Assembly: GCA_951406725.2 (NCBI GenBank)
Contig: OX597825.1
Location: forward strand, 47,926,001 to 47,990,000
Source: Octopus vulgaris
Taxonomy: Eukaryota
Length of the DNA: 64,000 bases
Direction: 5' to 3'
The notes under the pieces were generated by a model. The model was given only the letters and a program-made list of their open reading frames with translations. It had not been told where the DNA came from and did no database searches. Positions 25,935 through 40,432 of this stretch are shown in pieces (the stretch's first letter is position 1; each line of letters opens with the position of its first letter). Position numbers and translations under genes: made by a program.

Positions 25935-26894
25935 GAGAATAAAATCTCTCCTCTTATCTCCGGAAATTACACCTGCATTATTATGGATGGATAATAGCTG
26001 TGAAGCTAACAAACTTTTTTAAAAACCTTTTATAAAACTGTACATCATTAGAGAACATTTTAAGTCTGCTTACAATCTAACTTTGCTTTTCATAGAACTC
26101 TCTTCGATACTTCATGAGTGTAGCCTCACCCCCTAGGATGTTTGGAAAACTCATATGTGTTTTGGCTGATGAATACGGGACACTTGTATTTGCTGCAGTA
26201 TTTGCAGCTTTTAATAAATCTGTTCTTCGTATGAAACAATTGTACTGAACAACTAATCCATTCTTGTTGCTTTTTTCTTGCTTTTTTCTTGTATGTGTAT
26301 ATATATATATATATGTTATGCACTGCAGTTTTATAGATTTATACTAAGCACTCATAAAATAAATTTTCACTCTTATTTTTTCATTTCCCCCCATAAACAG
26401 AAAAAGTTACATTTTAAAATTTACATGGTCACAATTTCATATCTAGAAAACAAAAGTTTTATTGTAAAAAAATTAATTTTATATCTAAAATATAGGGGCC
26501 AAAATTTCAAGGAACTAAAAATGTAATGTAACATGGCGTACTCCGAAAACCACAACGTTGGTAACTTATAAGCCAAGGTGACGGGTCAGAGTCAATACAC
26601 ATTTCAATTTGCGTACACCTTTCAATCCAATACTTCTTTGCAGATTATGTTCTTCGTGTAAGTTCTCCCTCTTCTTTTCCCTTGTTTGTCAGTGTTGATA
26701 ACTCTCACATCAGATAATTGGCAAGCCCTTGAGAATGCAATATATAGCTGACCATGGTTGAATATTGGTTCAGGCAAGAACAGTCCCACTTTATCAAATG
26801 TCTGCCCTTGTGATTTATTGATAGTTATCGCAAATGATAGGCAAACGGGAAAGTAGTTTCTTTCTAAAGTGAATGGCAACTTTGGGATGCGCAT
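25935..26894 (-). mobile_element. Helitron fragment: C-terminus of a Pif1-like helicase (26622-26894) plus downstream region
   Basis: LPFTLERNYFPVCLSFAITINKSQGQTFDKVGLFLPEPIFNHGQLYIAFSR...TKNIICKEVL is the canonical Helitron RepHel C-terminus. Confidence 0.9.
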
Positions 26895-29454
26895 GCATTA
26901 AGTGATAGGTGATATAAAAAGGTTAGTTCAATTTTTTTTTAAATTGCTTTTCACTATGCACTCACCACCACCACCACCACCACCACCACCACCTCCATCA
27001 TCATCATCATCATCATCTCTCTTTTTTCTCTCTCTCTCTCCCCTCTCCCTTTCTCTCTCTCCCTCTCTCCCCCTTCACTCTCTGCCTTTCTTTTATCTCA
27101 TCATCAGAACATCATTCCTCAGCTTAAATTACATTTCTAACTTTCCTCTATATCACTTTATAACTACTTATATCACTTTATATCACTCTATAACTACTTT
27201 CAACTAACCTTTTTAATCACGTAATAAATATTATGTTCCCCCTGCCACATGTCATGGACACGTTTTTCTTCGTCTTTTCTCTCTCCCTCTTTTTCTTTCT
27301 CTTTCTGCCTCACTCTTCGCCTCATCCTCTTTTTCTCTTCCCTCTTTTCTTTCTCCCTCTTTTTCTCTTCCCTCTTTTCTTTCTCCCTCTTTTTCTCTAA
27401 TCATGTGAAAGTGTGACTGACGGGCTAAGTAACGTAATGACAAGCAGAATTATTATAAGATATAACCTTCATTCATTGTCTCTGTTAAAAGAGAACCAGA
27501 AGCCCACATGATTATGGACAACTAAAGAATGGAAATGACAAAGCAGTAAATTTAATAGTTGTCCTATTGCAGCAACAGCACTTCTCTAACGACCTTGACA
27601 AACAAAGTGGTTAAATATATAGCCAATTGTAAATCAATGAATTTTATAAATAAGCCAACTGGTATAGTTATTCATTCCACGAGCAGATTGTCTGATATTA
27701 AAATTTCACCAATTTCTCCTGATTCAACTAGCTATATTTTGTTACGAATCATTCAAATAGAAAATGACTGGTGCTATGCATGTGTAATACGCCTCATGCC
27801 TATACGGGTTTATCTTTGTCTTTGTATGTATCATTGTGCATATGTGTGCGTAGGTATTTCCTTGTGTCTGCGTTTATTTGCCATTGTGCCTAAATATCTA
27901 TCGGTATGCTTATAACTATACGTGAGTGCTAAACCAAGTGTTTTGTCTGTGTGCAAAGATGTTCATTAAAATCATTAAGTGAATGAGTTAATATATAATT
28001 GGGGGCAATTACTTTCACAAGGAGGAAAAATATTTTTATCTTCCCTCTCACCCTTCCCTTCTCTCTTCATATACATCCATTGTGATTGCTCCACCTTCGC
28101 AGATGATTGTCGTCCTCTTGTGTTTCTTCGTTGTCGATGGCATTTCTGATGTACCATTCATGATCTTTCAGATGACTATTCAGTCCCGTTACAGCTGCAT
28201 GATTTGAAGCATGATAGTTAAACTTACTGTGCTCTTCCAACAGCTTAGTCCTCAGAAGTCGCCACTCATCTATCGCCATAGGCTTTTCAATAGATGGGAC
28301 GACAAATGAGGTCACCATAAAGAGACATGTGTACATCACTGGATTATAATGAAAACCATGTGTGTGTGTGTGTGTGTGTGTGTAAGTATATGTATATAAT
28401 TGTATTCGCAACTTGATTTGAAAGAAAGTGTATGGAGTAACTAGAGAAAAAGCGGGCCATTAAATGAGGCTACGAGGGTTGTGAGGACTATATAATGAGG
28501 GTATATAGAAAAAGAAAGGACCATTTCATGTGATAACTAGGAAGAAAAAGGATCATATAATAGGAGCAATATGAGACCAGAAGGTGAAGCGTCTCATACG
28601 GATTCTGAAAGATGAAACATAATAAAGATTACAGAAGCAGGAGAAATATGTGGTCTTTAGTGTATGTAGAGGGTATGAAGAATAAATCACGTGTTTGTGT
28701 ACCAATAGTTGCTGGGCGCTGATCAATGAATATCTGCCAACCAGATATCTGTATGCGTAACACCAGCAGCATCATTGTCCCATCAATGTATGTATGTATG
28801 TATGTATGTATGCATACATGTTCGCTTCTCTTTTTAATTATTTCAATTCTTCCTTTAAAGAAGGGGCTAGTTTCTAACAAAGATGTCAAGCTCCATCGTT
28901 GGAAAGAAAGAACGAAAACAATCTCATATTTTAAACTTGAGAAAAGTCTTGCATAGTTTTACTTTTCCGCTAACAGATTGTATTTGTAATGTGCGAATCA
29001 GTTGGTTAATTTATTTATCTGAAAGTCCAGGCTTATCCAGATTGACAGCTAGGCTATGGCGGTACATACTGTATGTATGTATGTATGTATGTATGTATGT
29101 ATGTATGTATGTATGTATGTATGTATGTATGCATTCATGTGTGTGCATATGTGAATTCGTGAGTGTGAGTGAGGTCCTTACGGGAGACTATCAGAATTCT
29201 GTCTGAGGTGGCATTTATGATGGCTTTGAAGAATTTTGTGTATTTCTCATGCAATGAGATGCTGTAATACAAGTCTGTTGCCTAATTGTCTACTGGTGCA
29301 GTTAAAGCAGAATAGGTTAGCAGTTCAAGGCTAGTGTGCGGTGCCTAGATTTTATATAAATGGTCCCTTAGTGCGTAATGTTTGGGAAGAGGAAGAGGTG
29401 ATATCATCTATATAGTAGAGTGAACGCGTGTATTATGTATGAATGTGTGTGTGC

Positions 29455-29486
<32 letters not shown>

Positions 29487-29959
29487 AAGAAAGAGAATAC
29501 CTAATCTTGCGCTGTAGTGAGATGGTCTGGCTCTGAAAGGAAACATTTAAGTCAAGAGATGAGAGAAGGATGAACGAATCATTGAAATAGGAGGCTGTCT
29601 TTCCATACAGGATGAATGAAAAAGAAGAGCAAATCTCGTGTGAATCTGGCGCTGCGGTAACAATATGAATAGATAAGGAAACGAGATGGCGCAGAGAGTA
29701 ATTCGTCTCGTGCGTCTGTTGTGTCTACAGGAAAGAAGTGCAAGACTAAAAAATGGATCGAAGATGATGAGTTGAGAAAGAGAAAAAGAGTGAGTGAGTG
29801 AGTAAGTGCAAATGAGTCTTTGGTGTTGGTGTCCGTATGAAAGAGGCGTGTGATAGGGAAAGTGAACTCTGCTTTAGACATTATCAGCATTCAGGGCAAA
29901 GTTGGGACACAGAGTACAATTTGAGTCAGCAGAGGTGGATTAGTGATAAAGTTCTGAGC

Positions 29960-30150
29960 TAGTTGTACCTATCGGGGTAGAAAAGGTATTTGGTTGTACG
30001 TATCTGGGTAGAAGAGTTATTTAGTTGCAACTATTTGGGTGGAAGAGATATTTAGAGGTATTTAGCTGTACGTATCTGGGTAGAATAGGTATTTAGTTCT
30101 AGTTATTTGGGGAGAAAAAGCATTAAGTTGCATCTGTCTGGCTAAAAGAG
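29960..30150. repeat. Degenerate ~30 bp tandem repeat
   Basis: Units like gttgtacgtatctgggtagaagagttattta. Confidence 0.7.
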
Positions 30151-30444
30151 ATTTTTAAATACCTTGAGTTACAAACTGGTTAAACTTTCTGTAGTAACTT
30201 ATAAGAGATCGACTAGCTGACACTCTGGCGACAACATGGTGAGCGAAACAATATAATATACTTTTTATATACAAAATAACTTACATAGAGTCTAGTACTT
30301 TTTTTATGCAACACAAACTAAATATTTATATTCAATGAGATTTAATGGAATCTAAATCAATTCTTTGCTTCTTTCAAAATGTTTCCAACGTTTCTGCTCT
30401 ATTTCATCGAGACTCCTTTTTTAAAGTTTCATTTTACAAACACC

Positions 30445-30482
<38 letters not shown>

Positions 30483-30495
30483 TTTATTACTTTTA

Positions 30496-30603
<108 letters not shown>

Positions 30604-31783
30604 AACTGTCACTTTACACTAAAAACAGATTGTAAGCAGCGAACTCGGTGAGTCGTTCATTCATAAAAATGTGTGCCTCTCAGTGTGAGTTTGTGTGTGG
30701 TCTGGGGAGTTCATTGAGCAAATTTCATGAATGAGAATATTTTTCAATTGAAGATATTTCTGTATTCAGTTCGTTGGAATGTGTTTTAAAAAATTCTCTG
30801 AAACAAATATTTATGAGAAAAGAAATATTAATGTCAGTCAAGATTGAGTATGAATCTCTACAACGACTTCTAATCTTCTGTACTAGCAACCTCATTCAGT
30901 GCACCCACTTAGCTTGGATCTGGCAGATCTACTTCTATACACAGTTCATAATATTTCATCTCCAAAACTACACTCTTGGTCATCATAGAATTGTCGGATT
31001 GATGAAGACATTTAAAGGACACTGTCCATCTTCCTTAAAATATATTTTTTAAAATAAGGTTTACACAACCCTGGATTTATATTAATTTGCTGATTGTTTT
31101 ATTGAAGAAGCTATGCTTAATACTTCAACGTAAATTAAGATATGTCTGCATAGCAACATCCGTTATGGACTTAAATTTGAAGCTAATCCACTCCTGCCAC
31201 AGCAAATGTAGAAATAATATGAAAAGGGCGAAATAGTATCACAGTTTACAGCTTCAGAACAAATAGATGGTTTTATGATTGGTCCTAGTTCAGGAAAAAC
31301 AGGATAGAGAAGTTATGGCGGTGTTAAACTTTCTTTAGGATACGAAAATAAAGAAGACATGAAAAAGTGTTATTTCAGCCATCGACTAATATTTTCTCAC
31401 ATTATTTTTAGTTTACTAATGATAACTTAATTAAATACTCTGAGACCCATTAGATAATTCAGTAGTCCCTGAATTGAATGAGGATACTGAAATATAGTCC
31501 AGTTTTGTCTGAATTAACCGAGACCTACTGCAATATAGTCCAGTGGTTCGTCTAACGTCGCCCTCCTCCACCAGCTGAAACAGTATTCAGATCAATGATT
31601 CTGGCTTTCAAAATCTACTTCATCCGCTGTGGAAGTCTTGAAGCATGCTTTTCACAGCCAATGAACTGTATTTTTACATTAATTTTATTCATAGTTAAGG
31701 CGACAATAATATTGACATTTTCTAGAGCAGACCTATTTCAAATTTGCTGGATACAAGCGCGGGCGCACATATACAAACACACA

Positions 31784-31825
<42 letters not shown>

Positions 31826-31929
31826 AGTGAGTGAGTGGACAAACGAATAAGAGGACATTCAATACATTTAGCAGGAGTTACATGTATTATTTATAACAGT
31901 TTAATTCGGTTTCCGTTCTACCTCAAGTT

Positions 31930-34895
31930 TTTTGCAGGCCCCTGACGGAGCCTAATCCTTTCAGGCTTCAAGATTCACCGAGGGCACTGCTCACCCGGAG
32001 GCCGGAGAGGTTCTAGAAAAGGTGAACCAAAATTTGCTTGTCTTTCTATATCTGGTCAGTTTAGCGCATGTCCACCCTGCATTCGAAAAGCAAAGAGATT
32101 TTATTTGCAAAATCTGGGAGGAACTTGAGCATTTCATGTTGGAATGTGCGCACTCTGTTGGATAACAAGAGTGATAGTAGGCCTGAAAGACGCACTGCAC
32201 TTGTTGTTCGCGAGCTGAACCGTTATAACACTGATATAGCTGCACTTTCAGAGACACGTTTAGAAGGTGATGGTCAGCTTGAGGAAGTAGGAGGTAGACA
32301 CATCTTTTTGGAAGGAAGGTGGTATAAGGGGGATGCAGAAAGGGGAGCGTGTAGAGGCTAGTGTTGGTTTTGCAGTTCGATCTGATATCCTTAAGAAGCT
32401 GGAGGAGCTTCCTGTCCCTATAAATGAACGTCTAATGATTCTACAATTGCATCTGAAAGGTGGGCGATTTGTTACTCTAATAAGTGCCCATGCACCTATT
32501 TTGACTAGTTGTGATGAAGATAAAGCTATTTCTTATACCCAGCTGAGAGCCATACTTAGGAAAATTCCCAATTCTGATGAAGTCATTCTACTCGGGGATT
32601 TCAATGCCAGGGTTGGAACAGACTGGGAAACATAGAACTCTCTAGGATGTTTTCCGGTAGGGAAAATTAATAGCAATGGTCTCATGCTGCTGGAGCTTTG
32701 CGATGAACATGGATTTTACATCGCAAGCACTCATTTTATGCACTAAGGTGATCACACAATAACGAGGATGCATCCAAGGTCCAAAGTCTGACACTTGCTG
32801 GATTATGTCATCATCCGCAAGCGTGACATCTATGACATTTGTAATGTCAAGTACTTTTATGGATCGGAATATTGGACAGACCACAGTCTGGTGCAAGCAA
32901 AGTTCTGGATGATAATTAGAGTGAAAGCAAGTCTATCAGCTCCCAAAGTGTTTTCCACTCTACTTACTAAATCAACAGAAATCACAGGTCGCTAGATCGA
33001 ACACTTCTCTGAACTCCGATGAAACAGTGATTGATACTATGCAACAAAGACCTATCATTGCCTGCTTAAATTCTACGCCCTCAATAGATGAAGTAATGGC
33101 ATCAACAAGTAAATTGAATCTTGGTAGGGCACCTGGAAAGGATGGAATTTGTGCTGAGGTTTTGCGATTTGGTGGTGATTACATCATACAGTCCCTTCAT
33201 GAACTTATTAGTGCAGTCTGGATAGATGTTTCAATGCCTAATGACTGGAAGGATGTAATTATTCTCCCTCTCTATAAAGGAAAAGGATCCAGAACAATGT
33301 GTAGTAACTACAGAGATATTGCTCTACTATCAACTGCTGGCAAGGTTTTGGCAAATATTCCTCTTACCCGCCTGAATGGATGTCTCGTAAATGATGCCCA
33401 GTCTGAATCTCAATGTAGCTTCCGATCTGGTAAAGGCACAATGGATATGATTTTCACAGCCAGACATATGCAGGAGAAGTGCTATGAGCAGAATATGGAT
33501 CTTGTCCGGGTATTCATTGATTTAACGAAAGCCTTTGATACTGTGAATAGGACCTTGCTATGGCAAACTTGGCAAACTTGAATGTCCGGATCACTTTGTA
33601 TCTATAATTAAATCATTTCATGATGGGATGGGGGCTTGGGTCAGTGTTGGTGGTGGCATGGTGAGACCCATTCCTGTAGAGAATGGTGTCAAGCAGGGTG
33701 ACATCCTTTCCCCAGCTCTCTTTTCTTTGTACTTTGTTGCTGCTTTTATTCATGCTTTTGCTAAGGTTAGCTCTCTGGGAATATGTGTCACATTTCGATC
33801 TTCTGTCAGCCTCTTTAATCTGCGCCGATTTGCTGCTAATTCAAAAGTTTTCTAGTCTCTTATTCGTGATCTCCTTTATGCATATGACTGTGACTTAGTC
33901 ACTCATACAATGGATGACATACAGATACTTATGAATCGTATTTCTGCTTCTTGCAAGGCATTTGGACTCAGCATTAGCCTGGACAAGATTGTTGTATTGT
34001 TTCAGCCTGCACCAGGAAATCCATATGTGGAACCAGCTATCTTGGTTGAAGGAACAATTCTGAAAGTGGTAGACAAGTTTGTCTGCTTGGACAGCTCACT
34101 CAGCCGTTCTTGCTCCCTGGATGATGAAATATCTTTCAGGCTACAGAAAGCAACTGATTCCTTCCGGTCTCTTCACTCTTGTGTCTGGTCCTTGCATGGC
34201 ATCACAAAGCAAACAAAAATTTCTGTGTACCGTGCATGTGTACTGACATTGTTCCTTACTTATGTGAAACATGGACCCTTTACAAACGTCATGTAAGGGT
34301 CCTTCAACTCTTTCATCAGTGATGTCTCAGACGTATTCTGAATGTTGGCTGGACCTTAAAAACTCCAGACTCATAGGTCCTGAGGACAGCTGATATCTTG
34401 AGCATTGAGGCGATGGTGCACAAGCGCCGGTTACGTTAGACTGGACACCTTATTAGAATGAAAGATACCAGGATCCCTAAACAGATGCTATATGGGAAAC
34501 TTGTGAATGGAAAGAGATCCTGGCAGAAACCAAGGCTGCAATTTAAGGCCTGTGTCAAATTCTCATTAAAAGACTGTGATATGCAGGAGACTGATTGGGA
34601 CAGCAATGCCCGTCATCCCCACAGATGGAGGAAGCAGGTTAAGGAGTGGGGTTAACACTTTTGAGAGATCACGTATTCTGCATGAAGAACTTAAGCGTGT
34701 CGCTCGAAAGCGCACGGCTCGTATAGTGACTGGGGAAAACTTGGTTTGCAATGTTTTCAGCCATGTATACTTGTCAAGAGCAGCGCTCATTCACCACCAA
34801 CGGAGCTGCAAATGCAAAATATAAGTTAGTCCTAGAGCGCACAATGTTCCTGAAGGTCAGCAATGGTCTTCCTCGGTCACGAGTGGACGGCCAAG
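31930..34895 (+). mobile_element. RTE-clade LINE, heavily disrupted, with an internal deletion between endonuclease and RT
   Basis: WNVRTL..RPERRTALV.REL.RY..DIAALSETRL, LLGDFNARVG, TDH, FIDLTKAFDTV, GVKQGDILSP and RIPKQMLYG. Confidence 0.92.
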
Positions 34896-35689
34896 TTGTA
34901 TCATTAACTTTAATAGAGTAATTTGAGAACGAAATTGGTCAGGACCCTTCCGTGGAAATATATAAACTAGCAGAACCAGGTTGAGCCTATGACAACTGAA
35001 ACGTCATTATCGGCAGGGTAGCCAAATGAAGTGAGTTACTTGGGATCCAGCATGATAAAAACATGACCCTTTTCCTCTTTCAGCAAAGCAGAAATTGCAG
35101 TGGCCTTTTATAAGGCTACCGGTGGGAGAGAAGAAGGGATGCATATTCAAACTAAAGACTTTGGTGGAATGTTTGCAGCAGAGTGGATTGACTAAATGCA
35201 CGAAAAGTCCCAGGCAGTATTGTTATACCGGGCGATGGAGTAGGTCTAACATCTAAGTAGGCTTTAACAGTCTTTGAGCTTAGTACGATTCCATCAGACC
35301 TAATGAAAGGTAAAGTTTACCTCGGTGGGATTTGAACTCATAGCTTGTGTGTTCAAATCTCACCGAGATGAAAAAGAAAAAAAGAAATAAAAAGAACAGA
35401 ACAAGTGCTGCGACTCATCTTTAACGATTCAGTTATAAAGTCGGTTGAACCAAGTATAATGTCAACGGTTACCAAGCAACAGTGTGTGGGGATACAGAAA
35501 TAATTGAGATAGTTAACGAATGTACTATAGGATTATTAGAAGTGGTGGGTAGACTTGTGCTCTTTAAACATGGTGAAACCAGCTTATCTAGTACAAGATC
35601 ACTCCGAATAAAAAAACTTAACAATCTTTTCTAATACCTGATGATTTTAATATTACCTTATAGCATGGTGCTGTACAAATATCTTAGTG

Positions 35690-36800
35690 CACAGGTGTTG
35701 ATTGTTAAAATAAAGTGTCCACATATTCATGTTGAAATATCTTCAAGCTACATGAAATCTTGCTGAGGGTTGTTTTGTTCCAAAAGAAAAAACACTCTAC
35801 AGGACTTGACCATTTTCTAGAAATCTCTCTTTTAGACGTTGAAGGAAAGATCTTTTGCACCATCATAGCCTTTCGATCTTGCCAAAGCATACTCAAGCGT
35901 GTCCCACCACCTACTCCAACGTGCATTTGAGTACTACTAAGTATCAATTGAAGTAGACAGACTCATAATGTCCCAAATGGATTCGCTGAGGGTTAGGTTC
36001 ATTATGGTAAATTTCAAAACCAAATAGCAGAGACTGGCAAATGGCATAATGGCAAGGTGCACAATTTCAGTGGTCTTATTTGTGGCGGCTATGAAACCGC
36101 TAGTGATGAAAAGGAAACAGTCAAGAGGTCCAGAAACTGACGAAGGTACAAGAAATCCAGTTTTCAGGGCTTGCATGGACGACATAATGGTTATGACACT
36201 ATCAACCAAAGGGATATGGCGAACATTGAGCTCGCTGGAAAAGATGGCTACATGGTCATACATGAAGTTAAATCCAGCAAAATCTCGGAGCTTGAATATC
36301 CTCAACGCGAAGCTGACGACTGACATCTTCAGCACTCAGTCTGATGCCTTAGGAAAAATTACGTTAATTTCCTTTAGGATACTGGCAATGCCGAAAATAC
36401 TAAAACCCAGTTAGACAACTAGCTGAGGGCAGCTACTTGGAAAGCTCAGCGTATTGTGCTTCCACTATGGCATCATACTCAAACTGTGGTAGCTATTTCT
36501 ATATTACGGTTTTGACATATCTCGGGTAGTAGCAATAGAGATACGTCAATAAATCCTTGAAGTACAGCAGAAAGTGGAAAGCCCCACGAAGTTGGGAAGG
36601 AAGCGGAGACATACTTGAAACAACCAGGATATTGTTGGAGTAGTCTGTTAATGACTGCTAGGACGTGGCAACTACAGCACCTAGAAAGGGAGAAATACCA
36701 ATGTCAGGAACAAGAAAGAGGATCGGTGAGTGAAGGCAGTAGGTGAAGACTTGCCCACCTCGGACAATGGATACACTGGGGCCAGGTACTCGAGCACCCA
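35690..36800 (+). mobile_element. Decayed RT fragment of a Hero/NeSL-like non-LTR element
   Basis: ISLLDVEGKIF, DLAKAYSSVSH, RLANGIMARCTISVVLF, RACMDD and MKLNPAKSRSL. Confidence 0.7.
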
Positions 36801-37019
36801 CTGTCCTAGAAGGTACTCTGGAGCACCAATCAGCGAAGATTGTTTTTCTTTTGATTAAGGATTTAGTAAATTTGGTCTGTATGGTTTGATATGATATATC
36901 ATAAGTAAATACCATGCCGTATATGTTAGGACGTACAACGGTTAATATATCAGAGGTTAGAGGTGATAAAATCAGAGCATTCTGGAATATATAATAACTG
37001 AAATACAATTAATGATGGT

Positions 37020-37210
37020 TTCTAATCTTGGCACATGACTTGCAATATCAGGGAAGGAAGGAAGCCATTATATCGACCTCAGTGAGCAACTGGTATTTAT
37101 TTTATTGACCCCGATTTGATGAAAGGCAGCCTCGGTTTCAGCAGAATTTGAGCTCAGAATGTAAAGACAGACGAAATGCGTCTAAGCATTTTGTTCGGCG
37201 TGCTAACAAT
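37020..37210 (-). mobile_element. tRNA-SINE family B, degraded (other partial minus-strand copies at 39695-39808 and 51515-51725)
   Basis: Similar to 5631-5843. Confidence 0.7.
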
Positions 37211-38084
37211 TGAAATATATTTGATAACCTTCATTTATGATAGTATGTGAGTGTGTGTGTGTCTTTAGCTGGTGTACTATTAGGGTGTCTACAGTGGCAT
37301 TTTTACCTTTGAGACACAAAAGAAATGTGTCGTCAGTATTTTTCATTATATTTTAAAGTCCTTTGGCGTACAGTTAAAGAATTTACTGAATCGGACATAA
37401 AATATTGGTTTGTCGATAAAATACTTAAGATCTCATTCAGCCAAGTGAATTCTATTTTTTCTTTCTTTTTCTCTTTTTTTTTTTTTTGTTTTTTTAAATC
37501 TCAGTAAGTACAACAGGAAATTCGAAATACACTTAAAAGATCAGAGCCTGTGAAGTTTTATTAGTTTTCTCTGCCAGACCACGTAGAAACAGAAAACAGC
37601 AATCGGTATGAAAGAGCTGAGATTACGATTGGTTTTATATGTATAATCTAAAGTTACCGTCAGTTGTGAATTAAACTCAACTGATATGACTACTGTGAAC
37701 ACTACGTTGGTAGTTGAACCTGTTTAGAGGGGAAGTTTTAATTAAATTTATGGTTCCATATGTCTTAAAATGTTTGTACTTTGTCAAGAAAATGATTTGA
37801 CCGTGAGAAATTTGACATTGAGTATTATTTAAGTGCATGTCTTTCTTTGTATTGGTGCTGAACTAGCCGAACAAAATATGGCATTTGACATTTGATTTAG
37901 TTTCTGGACAACTTTTTTAAAACTAAAAAATTTATTTTGGGAACAAAATCAAATGGGATATGACTAAAAATTGGATTCACCACCAAAACAGGTTGTTTAT
38001 ACTTGAACTTTTCGGATGGTACACTAAATCTGTTGTCCCACTCGTTAAGAGTGCCAGCTTATCCGGTGGAACAATTTAATTGAG

Positions 38085-39310
38085 TCCACTATGTTGTCAG
38101 TGTCTCCACCTTGTTCAAGTGTAACTTTAGGGAAGTCCACTCTCTTGTCACCCAGTTTCACACCTCTACATTGTCCTTGGTTACTTTTAGTGACCTACAC
38201 TCTCTTGTCATCTATTTGACCATCACTCTATCTTGGGGTACCTTCGGCAGATTTACCTCTGTTGCCACCCAGTTTAACATCACAATCTTGTCCTGGGGTG
38301 CTTTTATTGGAGTCACCTCTATTGTAACCCAGTTTAATACCAACCACCTCCTTGTTCTGAGGGTAACTTTAATAAAGTCCACTCTATTGTCACTCGGTTT
38401 AACACCGCTAGCTTGTCCGGGTTTATCTTTAGTGGAATCCACCGTTATCACCCATTTTAACATCACAACCTTGTCTTTGGTTAATTTTAACAGTCACCTG
38501 TTTTCATAGTTTGACATCACCACGTTGTCCTAAGGTACCTTTAACAGAATCTCATTTCTTGTACAATTTAATATCACCACCTCGTCCTGGGGTACATATA
38601 GTAGAGTCCACTCCGTTGTCATTCAATTCAGCACCACAATCCTGTCCTGGGATGATTTTAGTGGAGTCACCTTTTTTGTCATCCAGTTTTTAATACCACC
38701 ACCTTGTTCTGGACACCTTTGCTAGAGCCTACTCTTTCGTCACTTGTATTAACACCACTACCATCACCTGTGTTAGATTTAATGGGGCATGCTTTGTTGT
38801 TACTCAGTTTAACGCCATCACCTTTTAGTAGCATCCCTCTGTTGTTTCTCAGTTTAACACTACAACCTTGTGCTGGGGTACCAGTTGTGGAGCCCACTCT
38901 TTCGTCACCTAATGTAACACCACAAGATTGTTCCAATCTTCATTGGAGTCTATTTTATTGTCATCTAGTTTAACATCACAACCTTGAACTTCATTACTTT
39001 TTGCAGTTTGCTTTTTTGTCACTTTAACATCACCTTCTCCTGTGGTACGCTTAGGAAGGTTGATTTCGTCGTCACTCATTTTAGCATTGTCTCTTGATTC
39101 TTGGATAACTTTAATGGAGTCCACTCTATTATCACCCAGTTTAACACCATAACTGTGTTCCAGAGTATCTTTATTAGAGATCACTCCGATGTTACCCAAT
39201 TTAACACTACAACTTTGCCATTGTGTGCCATTTTGAGTAATCCACTTTGTTGTCTCCTAATTTAACACCGCAAACAACTGCTACAGTGTATTTAGTGGAG
39301 TTTAGTCTGT
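38085..39310. repeat. Degenerate ~59-60 bp minisatellite, about 20 units
   Basis: Units like gtccactctgttgtcacccagtttaacaccacaaccttgtcctggggtacttttagtgga. Confidence 0.85.
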
Positions 39311-39824
39311 GAAAGATATTCGGGCAAATTCTGTGGTTCGGGGACAACTTGCCTTTGTCCTCATGTCAGTCTCGAAGATCCTGTAAACAGTCATAGGTGT
39401 TGCTTTTCCTGCTGTGACTAAAAGTTGTTTAATACGTTAGATAAATAGGCATAGTCATCGATTTTTACTTAAATCTTTAAAATATCTCTTCACGCCATTA
39501 ACTCTGCTCTAATTGTCGCAAAGATATTCAAGTTGATTGTTAAATCTTTAGCAATAAAGCAATTCGAAACTTTGGTCAAACATTTTGCCAGCAGAAATTA
39601 GAACTCACAACCCAGTTGTCTTCATGAAAGTATTATAACGGATACATAATAATCAGCCTAGTACTGAAATCACAATCTTTAAATGATATATTCTTTTACT
39701 ACTCTAGGCAAAAGGCACGAAATTTTGGGGGAGGGGACCAGTCGATTAGATCGACTCCAGTACGCAACTGGTATTTAATTTATCGACCCCGAAAGGATGA
39801 AAGGCAAAATGCTAAGCATTTCGC

Positions 39825-40432
39825 CTGATGCATTATTTCCGACCACCGGCCGAATATACGTGTAGAGACAGACAAAAGAAGCATTTGGTCCAGACTGCCT
39901 TCTTCCAACTGTTAAACATGGAGGAGGATCTGTCATAATCTTGGAAATCCGCCTGCTCAATGGTTTCCCTTCATGGCAGAATTAATAGTCAAGACTATTT
40001 AAGCATTTTATCAGATCAAATTCATCCTATGGTCGCGGAACTGTTTCTGGGGGGGAAACGCAATCTTTCAGGATGATAATGCACCAATTCACACAGCTAA
40101 ACTTGTTACTGAATGGCACGAGGAACATTCTAGAAAAGTTGAACGTTTTATTTCGCCATCACAGTCTCCAGATCTCAATATTATTGAACATTTATGGTGC
40201 ATTTTAGAAAAACTAGTAAGAATTCGATCTCTTCCACCATTATCGCTACAAGAACTGGAGACTGTTTTAGCTGAAGAATGGGAAAAATTCCTTTGGAAAC
40301 GATTCAAACTTTGTACGAGTCCATACCTCGTAGAATTCAAGGTGTAATTACTGCCAAAGGCGGTCCTACCCTACATTAGAATAAATTTGTTTAAAATTTT
40401 AAGGTGATTCCATTATTTTGTCCAACTTCCGT
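39825..40432 (+). mobile_element. Tc1-family transposon, 3' half
   Basis: LLPTVKHGGGSV, FQDDNAPIH, SPDLNIIEHLW and RIQGVITAKGGPT, ending in a TIR-like ...ttttgtccaacttccg-TA. Confidence 0.88.

Noticed and set aside
28067-28330. 114-aa minus-strand ORF with a faint resemblance to a MULE transposase (DDNHLRRWSN)
   Set aside because: Similarity is too weak to call by eye, and the ORF starts in a microsatellite.
38085-39310. CRISPR-like array or repeat-protein exon
   Set aside because: Units are degenerate along their whole length with no constant repeat and unique spacer pattern, frames are broken, and the context is eukaryotic.
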